A stretch of 64,000 nucleotides of DNA from Octopus vulgaris (Eukaryota), in assembly GCA_951406725.2 (NCBI GenBank), contig OX597815.1, positions 30,876,001-30,940,000 of the forward strand. The letters run 5' to 3'. Below are positions 53,899-64,000 of the stretch, piece after piece. How positions within the stretch are numbered: the first letter of the stretch is position 1; each line of letters opens with the position of its first letter. The translations under genes were made by a program, and so were the position numbers. A model generated the notes under the pieces. The model was not told the DNA's origin and did no database searches. It worked only from the letters and a program-made list of their open reading frames with translations.

Positions 53899-54721
53899 TG
53901 GAACGACAAACGTGTGAAAATATGTGGGCAGCTGACAATGTCCTTTAGAGCAAGATTCATCAACCACATGTTCTTATTTAGCATCGAAGAGAAACGAAAT
54001 ATCACATTCCTAGCGAGGCATATATGAAAGCTAAAGGAAATCGCTGCACATTACAACATCAACTGGTGGATACTGTAAAAATGCAAACCTTACTTAACAG
54101 CAGTAGGGGATGCAGGGTCTACTTGGCTGCGGAAAGGATTATACTAAATAACTCACTCCACGTTGGCAGCTACCTTAACTGCATGAATGAAATTTTCCCA
54201 ACCTGCGCTCATGAGAGCAGATTTACTCTAGCTTACAAGCCGACTGCGCCATGAATATAACCATTGGAGCACCACATCGGTTTTTCTCTCTCACCGAAAT
54301 CTAAGGGATTGACATAAGACACACCCAACTGCAGTATTTTTAAATACGCGCATACACATGCATAAAAGTACACATGACGTTAACATTAACACTCTTCCAC
54401 TCTCCCGTACCTCTTCCTTATTCCAAACTCTCCCCAGCCCCAATTCCACTCTACAAGTAAATATCTTCCAAACCTTGATGAGAATTTTCCCCTCCCACTC
54501 CAAATGGCGTAACTAAACAAAATTCTTATCTCTTAGCTGTGACCTGGGCGATTTCGATTCATATTTTACGACGGCCGTAAAACCATCCAGCTGGATGTAA
54601 CATCTTCATAGCACGCTGTACTTTTCTTTTTTTGCTTTCCCTGATGATTGCTGAACTCCTGAAACCTATTGTTAAAGTAAATGATATGAGAATACAATGT
54701 TGCGTTTTTATTATTATCATC

Positions 54722-54932
54722 AAGGCGGCGAGCTGACAGAATCGTTTGCACACCGGGCAAAATGCTTCGCTTCATTTCATCCGTCTTTACGTTCTGTGTT
54801 CAAGTCGAATTTGCTTTTCATCCTTTTGTGGTCGATAAATTAATTACCAGTGGAACACTGAGATCGATGTAATCGACTCGTCCTCTTCCCTCCAAATTTC
54901 AGATATTGTGCCTTCAGGAGAAAGGATTATTA
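54722..54932 (+). mobile_element. SINE family A, full head to (ATT)n tail
   Basis: aaggcggcgagctgacagaatcg...gcttttcatccttttgtggtcgataaattaattaccag...aaaggattattatt. Confidence 0.8.
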
Positions 54933-55580
54933 TTTACATTTTTATTCCAAACCTAGGAGTATTACCTAGAGGTTTGTCGACAAAAGTCCCCTCAAATCTT
55001 AAGAACCTTTCCTTGAGTTCTGGCAGAATACAGGATGGCACTTTTCTGCAGACTGAGTCTCCAATCCAGTACCAGTCTCAATTTCCATATTCGTCAGTCT
55101 CTTTGGTAGCAATTTGGGTGTTGTGCCAAGTGTACTAATTAGCACAAGAATAATTCTGTCTTAGTTTTCTACAATTCCTTCATCGTTCAAGTCATATCCT
55201 GCCGTTTCTCAGTTCTTCAAATCTTTTGGTATCCACTCTGTTATCATATGGCTTTACAAAGTCTATGATCTTACATTGTTCGTTTCTTTTGACATCTATA
55301 ATCCTAACTAGTATACTTGCTCCAATAATATGATCAGTCAACAGTATGATCAGTCTTATTATGATTAGATTTTGCATGTTCTGTAACTGAATTTTGTCGA
55401 TTTTATTTATCAGATTCGTTCTAATGTCTTGTTCCTGAGTGGATACACTTAACGATTCTATCTCTCATTTCAGGATCCCACCGGTTCTTTATATCCAGCA
55501 TCCACGTTTTCCTGCATGATCTGGTCACGTATTTCCTTTCCAGCTGCTTGATGTGTTGTTCTGTTTTGAATCTCCCATTA
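54933..55580 (-). mobile_element. R4/Dong-clade non-LTR retrotransposon 3' fragment (restriction-like endonuclease region)
   Basis: Minus-strand EIESLSVSTQEQDIRTN, TDHIIGA...QCKIIDFVKPYDNRVDTK, LGTTPKLL and LQKSAILYSAR are REL C-terminal motifs. Confidence 0.75.
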
Positions 55581-55582
55581 TC

Positions 55583-55583
<1 letters not shown>

Positions 55584-55633
<50 letters not shown>

Positions 55634-55645
55634 GTTATTATTATT
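55584..55645. repeat. (ATT)n microsatellite
   Basis: Direct reading. Confidence 0.9.
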
Positions 55646-56222
55646 TCACACACACATATACATATTTATACAAGAATATATAATTTCAAGATGAAAGCTA
55701 TTCAAAACTATGAGTCGGCATCAGTACCCTTTTTGACGCGTCGGTGTAATTGCCGCAATACCATATGTATTCTTGTAATATCCACTCGCACATTAACACT
55801 TATATGTATTAAGCATGGAATCGCTTCTCCTCTTGAGCATGTGTATTTTCTAATGCCTCATTTTGTATTTGATTTTAAATTGTTACAGCTTAAACCTACA
55901 TCTGGACAAAATCATTATGTTTAACAAAATGAAATTAGATGCTAAAAAAGGAAGCGATAAACAGAAACAAAGCACCTTATGTCTTTCGAACATCATCCCC
56001 TTAAAAATACTATCAAATGATGAGGAGTTGCTAGAATGTTTAAGGCTCTGAGTAGTTTATTTTAGAAAGTTGAAACAAAATTGTAATACTTACGTGGTGA
56101 CTCATTTAACTCGGTGTTAAATCTCCTAAAGCCGTTTAGCTCTTTTTTGAATATACACTTCATTCTATTTCATACTTACTTGCATGCGTACATACGTACA
56201 TACATACACACACACAGACACA

Positions 56223-56299
<77 letters not shown>

Positions 56300-56302
<3 letters not shown>

Positions 56303-56456
56303 ACAAAGGGTAAAATTAATCAGTAATTTCACCAAGCAGAATTCGGCATGACAAAGACCAATTCATGATAAGCTTAAGTAATACTTTATAAATAGAGTTC
56401 AGCAACGATTTGCTTCACCAGGAGCAAATCGTTGCTGAACCCTATTTATAAAGTAT
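56300..56456. mobile_element. Partial relative of the hammerhead-bearing 599-bp unit, ending in a fold-back
   Basis: taatttcaccaagcagaattcggcatg...taagtaatact...agcaacgatttgcttcacc aligns to 61915-61996 continued by 61398-61411. Hairpin at 56381-56456. Confidence 0.7.
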
Positions 56457-57529
56457 ATATATATATGTATACGCTTTCTTTTAATCCGAGGGGAGGCAAT
56501 GCGAGCAGCAACCGCAAGAACACTACAAATTCCACAGAAAGATCAAACACATACATATATTCATATATTCATTTATATCTACAGAACAGATATAAAGCCC
56601 TACGTTTAAAAAGTTAGTAATATATAAATATACAAACATCATATAAAAATATATAAATATATAAGAGAATCAATGTTGCATATATAACACCTTGAATTTA
56701 CGCTTAGACTCGTAAAACATTTGGTATAAATTTGTTAAATTAAAAATTTTGGGTAATATATATATATATGCACACACTTGTAGACACTCAGAATAACGTT
56801 ACTTTACTGTCCAAAAGTATTTGAAGGTGGAAGGGTGACAGTATCAACATATATAATATCGATTATCCGTTATACAACTCGTCTCCCTCTGAAATATATG
56901 GTTCTAGAAGATTTTGCAATTTTCAACAAAAGATCGGCGATGTCGAATTCTTGTAAAAATTTCCGTCAATACTAACTGATGAATTTTCAAGAACCATTTA
57001 ACTAAAATTGTTCACTTTTCATATAATTGGATTTGGTATTCCCTGAAATATGGACATCAAAACTAAAAAGTTCGTAAACATTAGCCATCTTTTTATATTT
57101 TGTGCGCTGAAAATATGTAAAACTCAAGAAATATCTTTAGGTACTGTAAGTGAACACATATATATCGCGTGGTTTGCACATAACAATAGAATAATGCTCG
57201 TTGCATTTTCTGGTAAACTTTTGACAGTCAAGAATGCTGTGTAACTAACCATATTTCGATGAATTTACAAATATTTTGTGAATATATTGTCCCACTGCTT
57301 CCTTACTTCCACAATTTAGATAATTTTCCCCTTTTGTTACTATTACACTGAACACACTTGATAAACCCCTTCCAAATCTATTGCTTTCTTCCCTTTCGGA
57401 CCAACAACCTCAAGAATACGCATTTTCTAACTCTGAAATAGTATACTTGAGAGCTAACTGCCAAGGCTCTCTAGCTTCCTTGGAGTCTTTACAAGGTAAT
57501 CTACGCTGATCTTGGAGACACAATACAGA

Positions 57530-57960
57530 GTGTCCCAATCACAAGAAAGGTAACCTATTTAGCCCTGCTAATATCGCCCCATCACACTCACTTCCAGTAT
57601 CTTTTAGGCTAACATTAACAATACACCTTGACAGCTTGAATATCTCACTCTCCCTAACGAGTGGTAGCGCGGTATCTTTAAACCCAGATCCACTGGCAAC
57701 TTAATATACTACGTCATGCGATACCCAGCTGTGGGACTCCCCTTAGCGAAATTTGGAGAAATCAATTTTGTTGCCCTCGACATCAGCTAGGCTTTCGACT
57801 TGCAAATTTCCCATCGAAATTGCACGCTTATGGGCTTGGCCAATCTCTCATCACTTGACTCACTTTTATCAAACTTTTTATCAAATCGTAATATTAGCTT
57901 TTGTTAACAGAATTCTTTCTGCCCTTCCTTCTATCACCTACGGTATGTCCGGCTTTGTTT
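57530..57960 (+). mobile_element. L2/CR1/Jockey-type RT fragment, decayed
   Basis: (Y)RPITLTSSI, FGEINFVALDIS*AFD and PSKLHAYGLGQ motifs. Confidence 0.7.
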
Positions 57961-57989
57961 CTCTCCACTTTCTTCAATCTATATATTCA

Positions 57990-58033
<44 letters not shown>

Positions 58034-58718
58034 GATGTTTCTTAACCTTAATGTAATGTCCTTCGTTAATCGGAGCTAATTGGTCTCGTGCTACCTTCAC
58101 ACAAGCATCTCTGATTGACACTTCGCTTCTCACCCATTATCGTGTATAACCTCCCAGATCATTGACTGGTCGTTGACACTGCCTCTGTTTCCAGAACCAG
58201 GAAGAGAAAACAAATTTCAAAACTGGGTAAAGCCTGAAAGTTACTATTCAAAAACCTAGTACTACTACTACTGGGAGAGAGATGATGTGTGTATATGTGC
58301 GTATTTGTAACCCCACCCACAATATTTATAGTTATATACACTTATATTTGTTTACACATGGATCAATACACATCGATCACCAACGAAAAACCTTTTTACC
58401 AAAATCATTTTAAATAAAGATTTTACAACGTTACACACAACCTGTTACAAAACATCTCAAAAACCATCAGCTTAAAATGGATCTTCGCGAAAATAAATTT
58501 GCCTCTTTTCTTTTAACCTTTTAAATTTATTTGTATAATATATTTTGGAGTGTGTGTATATATATTTTTATATATATATAAATATATATATATGAGATAG
58601 AGAGAGGTGGGGAGAAATATACTTGTATTGACGCTCTCACTTTCTCCCTTTACACACAGACATACACACATATACACACACACATATGTCAGTATATGTA
58701 TGTATATATGTATATATG

Positions 58719-58750
<32 letters not shown>

Positions 58751-59387
58751 CATGCATGCATGCATGTATGTATGTATGTATGTATGTATGTATGTGTTTA
58801 TGTACAGACACGCACAAAAGTCAATTTCCATTTTAAAACTTAAATGACTTGTAGAATAGAAAGTGACATACATCCCAACTTGTACGCAGACATATATGCA
58901 TGCATACGAAATATATGTGTGAATATATGTGTGTATATACATTTATAAAATTGTCTATGCATATATATATATACATACATACATATATATATATACCCAT
59001 ATATATATATATATATATGTAAATATATATACTCCCAAGGACACACATATATAAATTATATATAATCTTTTCAATATATTATATTTGATACATTTTATTG
59101 TATATGTTTCTTAAATTTCTTATATTGCTCAAGCGTTGTGCGAAACCTATTTGATTTATATTTATGCATTCATATTTTATCATTAATACCTTTACGTTAT
59201 TTTGTCATTATCATAGGTATTTTCTATTGGAATTATTTATATTTTTCTATTTCTAATCTAAGTTGTATATTTTTTTTCATATTTCCCTATTTGCCTTTAT
59301 AAGCTTCGCATTCTTTTTTCTCGGTTCGCATCTTTCGTTCACACGCCCTAATTCCTTATCATACATTAAAATATACTTTGTTAATTT

Positions 59388-59599
59388 TCTTCTTCTTCTT
59401 CTTCTTCTTCTTCTTCTTCTTCACCTCCGTCACCTCCTCCGCATGAATATTATATTGCTGTTGTTTTATTATTATTGTATTGGTTGTTGTTGTTGTTGTT
59501 CTTCTTCTTCTTCACCTCCTCCGCATGAATATTATATTGCTGTTGCTTTATTATTATTGATATGGTTGCTCTTGTTGTTGTTGTTCTTCTTCTTCTTAC

Positions 59600-59635
<36 letters not shown>

Positions 59636-59636
59636 C
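59388..59636. repeat. Compound (CTT)n/(GTT)n/(ATT)n array with internal duplication
   Basis: cacctcctccgcatgaatattatattgctgttg occurs twice (~59431 and ~59513). Confidence 0.85.
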
Positions 59637-59836
59637 ATTTCTTCGTAATAATATTTATTCTATTTTTTCTATGTTGTAGTTCCTAATATTCTTAGTTCTT
59701 AAATTTTAGAATTCTTCATTCGTTCTACTTATAGTGTAGTGTTAATTATATTTATTACCAAATATTCAAATTCATTTTCTAATTCTAAAATCCTCCCCCA
59801 CTGCCTAAATTCTCATAGACAAACATATGTAGAAAA

Positions 59837-60148
59837 GTGCAAGGAGTGGCTGTGTGGTAAGAAGCTCGCTTTCCAACCATATGGTCCCGGGTTCAGTCCC
59901 CCTGCGTGACACCATGGGGAGGTGTCTTCTACTATTGCCTCGGGCCGAACAAATCTTTGTGAGTGGATTTGGTAGACGGAAACTAAAAGAAGTCTGTCGT
60001 ATATATACATATGTATGTATGTGTATGTATATATGTATGTATGTATACGTATGTATATATGTATTATGCATGTATTTGTGTGTGTGTGTTTGTTCCCTCA
60101 CCATCGCTTGACAACCAATGTTGGTGTGCTTACATCCCCGTAACTTAG
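59837..60148 (+). mobile_element. SINE family B
   Basis: gtgcaaggagtggctgtgtggtaag...gggttcagtccc...ccatcgcttgacaacc...ccccgtaacttag. Confidence 0.85.
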
Positions 60149-60149
60149 T

Positions 60150-60640
60150 GCATAATCACAAAGTCTCGTTGAATTCGAGGAGATTCTCGCGAAGAAAACA
60201 ATAGATCAAGGTGCGCTAATTTTGGATAACGTCTTTTGCGTGGTTATCTCCCTTGGGTTTAATTTTTGGGCAAACAGTTGTGTCTCATGTTATATTCTAG
60301 ATGTATGTGATCTTGGTATGCTTGTATGTTGAGGTAGTTCATTATGGGGGTTTATTTCTGTGTGTGGAGTTCGTGTGTTATGTACATTCACATTTCACGT
60401 TCAGGTAAGGGGCCACCTGATTGGATTAACGGTGCAGCTGGTGGTTCCTCTTTAAAGTGTTTAAGTGGGAATTACTGCTTGTGAATACATGGGGTGAAGA
60501 TTTCATATCTAATATTTAGGATGTTATCTGACTGTATGATATATAACATATAGATATGGAATACATTAGCATCCCCAGTAAATGTTTACCCTACAATGTG
60601 TGCTTGCACCGAACAGTAAGATCTTGGTGTGCAGTGAACT
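60150..60640 (-). mobile_element. Possible decayed Penelope-like (GIY-YIG side) remnant
   Basis: Only weak motif echoes (C..NP..xPL and RLCDxLC-like) across stops and frameshifts. Confidence 0.3.
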
Positions 60641-61321
60641 TTGTTCATTATAGTTAAATTATTTGGTATACAGTTTAAGATATTTTATATACAGTTTAAG
60701 ATATTTTATGAAGTTCTATACATTACCCTTTTCATTCTATAATTCTTTGTAGGCAGTGGACTAGCCCGCTCTTAAAATTGCTGGCCCTATGTCAAAATTG
60801 GAAATCATTTTGTAACTCTTTATTGTATAATATACCATATTTTATATCTATTTCTGAGATTTCTGTGATTATCATTTATTGTATATTTCATGTATTTTCG
60901 CAGTCATTTTCGATATCTTCATTATTGTATTTACGTTATTATTTTAGCATTATTATTAACTTTTTTTTATGTTTGCATTCCAATTTTCATATTTGCCTTT
61001 AAAATTGCTATTCTTTCCTTCTTCCACCCTATTATGTAATCCCTCTAAATTTTTTTTATGTTTTCCAATAACTTGGTAAATTATAAATGATTATAATTAC
61101 TATCATTATATTTTGAATTTTTTAATGCCTTAACATCTTAATTCTTAATAATTAATTCTTACATTTCAGTGTTAATTATAATGTTATATTTATTACAAAA
61201 TGTTTAAAGTAAACATCTAATTCTGCAATCCACTTTATAGATAAACAAAAATACAGACATATCGACTAAGGGGTAGGTATATAGATTAAATAGCAAATAT
61301 ACACCCACTACACACACAAAC

Positions 61322-61371
<50 letters not shown>

Positions 61372-61375
<4 letters not shown>

Positions 61376-61996
61376 TAAGTAATTAAGGGTTTAGCAACGA
61401 TTTGCCTCACCACACACCGAATTTAGAAATAGCAGTCAAAGAGTTATGGCTAATCTTTCTACTTAAAAGGGAGATCCCAGTAAAACCACAGCACTTAAAC
61501 GGCAAACAACGCAGGCAAAAGAGAAAGAAATGACGACAATCATTCTATATTAAGTCACCTACGGACGTACGTTTCGAAATTAAGTCATAGGAAGCATAAA
61601 AATTAAATAATTATGTCTTACCCAAATATTTTTCTCATCAGCGTAGGACTCTTCAATTATAAATAATTGCGTCTCAATTATTAATAATTGTGTATTAAAT
61701 TTGGAGGCACTAGAAGACATCACCTCAACTCATGGTATCAGAGCGAGCGTAAGCCATTACCAGTACCACCAAAGTCAAAGGGTGAATGAAAGTATGTCAC
61801 CATCCTCCTCACACCAGCGTGTTGCCAGAACAAGATGTTACGGTTATTTACTGGGATGAAATATATTTATCAATAATAATATAGGGTGAAATTAATTAAT
61901 TTGGAATAGTCATTAATTTCACCAAGTAGATTTCGGCATGTAAAAGCCCCATTCAAGGAAGGTTTAAGTAATACTAAGTAATTAAGGGTTTAGCAA
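61372..61996 (-). mobile_element. ORF-less 599-bp unit with 26-bp terminal direct repeats (retrozyme / Penelope pLTR candidate)
   Basis: atactaagtaattaagggtttagcaa at 61372-61397 and 61971-61996. Bracketed by (TA)n and contains a hammerhead. Confidence 0.7.
61553..61650 (-). ncRNA. Type I hammerhead ribozyme, canonical core
   Basis: Minus strand: agt-ccuacg CUGAUGA gaaa[51 nt]uuuc GAA ACGUACGU C^ cguagg-ug-acu. All conserved core residues are present, stem I is ccuacg/cguagg, and the GUC cleavage site falls between 61564 and 61563. Confidence 0.85.
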
Positions 61997-62015
61997 ACAA
62001 CATTCTCTGTCATAG

Positions 62016-62077
<62 letters not shown>

Positions 62078-62101
62078 TATATATATATGTATATACGCAT
62101 A

Positions 62102-62612
<511 letters not shown>

Positions 62613-62619
62613 GTCTCTC

Positions 62620-63110
62620 ACCCAAATCTTCAGTGATAATTGAATGAACTCAACAGTACCCAATCTGCACGTCCGTTGATAACTCACGGATGGTGATTCG
62701 ACGATTTCCCCGTCACAGCTGCACGCACATCTACGATGATTCTTTCATTTCTGCTGGTTGCGGGTCTCCCAGAACGTTTGTCAATATCGACATTTTTCAG
62801 CCATCTTCGAAACGCCTGAACTCCTCGTACACCTGCATGCGGCTCATGCATTCCTCCCCATGCACTTTCAGAAACTCTGTGTAGGCCTCTGAGCAAGTTT
62901 TGCCCTAACAACATTCTCTGTCATAGTCAATGCGACGATCACATGCTACACATTTTCCTTCCAAGCACTGCTCTAAAGAGTGGAAGTAGGGTAGAAGTTT
63001 AAACTTAGTGCGCATGCACAACAGAGTTCCAAATCAATCTTTGCCTTCACTCTGCTTGCTTTAGCTTCGTTAATATGGCAGCGGTACGGATACTTATTGA
63101 TCAGACCTCG
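62620..63110 (-). mobile_element. Mariner 5' half (TIR and HTH domains), decayed
   Basis: Minus-strand TIR TA|cgaggtctgatcaataagtatcc. MTENV...GKTCSEAYTEFLKVHGEECMSRMQVYEEFRRFEDG, DKRSGRPATSR and NRRITIRELS. Confidence 0.85.
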
Positions 63111-63114
63111 TATA

Positions 63115-63268
63115 TTGTTTTACTGTTTTATTGTTTTACTTGTTTCAGTCATTTGACTGCGACCAGGCTGGAGCATCGCCTTTATTCGAAGAGATCGACC
63201 GCAGGACTTATTCTTTGTTAGCCTACTAGTATGTTTCAGGGATGTAAACGCACCAACATCAGTCGTTA
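63115..63268 (-). mobile_element. SINE family B 3' part
   Basis: ttttacttgtttcagtcatttgactgcg...ctggagcatcgccttta...caggacttattctttg. Confidence 0.8.
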
Positions 63269-63334
63269 AAATATTATAGGGGTACAAATACAGACACGCA
63301 TCCACATAAACATTATATATATATACATGCATGT

Positions 63335-63671
63335 GGAGGCGCAATGGCTCAGTGGTTGGGGCATGGGACTCGCGGTTTCGATTTCCAGACCGGATGTTGT
63401 GAGTGTTTGAGTAAAATCACCTGAAGCTCCACGAAACCTGCTGTACTCTTTCACCATAACTTTCTCTCACTCTTCCTGCTTTTGCTGTACCTGTATTTCA
63501 CAGGGCCATCCTTGTCACATTCTGTGTCACGCTGAAACTCCCCGAGAACTACGTTAAGTGAACACGTGTCTGTGGAGTGCTCAGTCACTTGCACGTTAAT
63601 GTCACGACCAAGCTGTTTCGTTGATCAGTACAACTGGAACCCTCGCCGCCGTAACAGACAGAGTGCCACGA

Positions 63672-63672
<1 letters not shown>
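63335..63672 (+). mobile_element. SINE with family D type head
   Basis: ggaggcgcaatggctcagtggttgg...ggactcgcggtttcgatttcc. The 5' half is shared with 47266-47572 but the tail differs. Confidence 0.75.
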
Positions 63673-63720
<48 letters not shown>

Positions 63721-63892
63721 CATGATTGTTTGTATGTATATACATTTATTGATACCTCATCCGGGCACATACGTCTTCATAATGTTCAGCAAATCTTACT
63801 GATGCAGTAACTTCATCACTGATTCAAAAAACAATATTCATGCACAACTCGTTTAAGGATTGTCATGAAGTAAAGGTTGGAGCCGAAATACT

Positions 63893-64000
63893 GTTTACTC
63901 TTTTACTCTCTTTTACTTGTTTCAGTCATTTGACTGCGACCATACTGGAGCACCGACTTTAGTCGAGCAATTCGACCCCAAGACTTATTCTTTGTAAGCC
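63893..64000 (-). mobile_element. SINE family B 3' tail (cut by the window edge)
   Basis: ctcttttacttgtttcagtcatttgactgcg...ctggagcaccgactttagtcgagcaa. Confidence 0.85.

Overview
This is AT-rich, microsatellite-dense eukaryotic DNA, intronic or intergenic. The tRNA-derived SINE families and (TA)n/(CATA)n/(CA)n load resemble an octopus (coleoid cephalopod) genome; that species call is from memory, not a database result. I find no convincing host protein-coding gene. Most ORFs in the track are translated microsatellites or antisense repeats, and the real coding signal is decayed transposon protein: mariner, RTE, CR1/L2-type RT, R4/Dong-type and Penelope-like remnants. Non-autonomous elements include four or more SINE families, two Helitrons, a GG...CC MITE with an 8-bp TSD and a 610-bp foldback element. 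The most notable signals are: (1) a fully canonical type I hammerhead ribozyme (minus strand, 61553-61650) inside a 599-bp circularly permuted, ORF-less unit bounded by 26-bp direct repeats, a retrozyme or Penelope pLTR candidate; (2) a second repeat family, in three copies, carrying an atypical CUGUNGA hammerhead-like core; (3) a perfect spacer-less 352-bp palindrome plus smaller fold-backs at (TA)n-embedded repeats; (4) two local inverted templated duplications whose order of events can be read from nested SINEs. Repeat boundaries were set by eye and are approximate unless stated.
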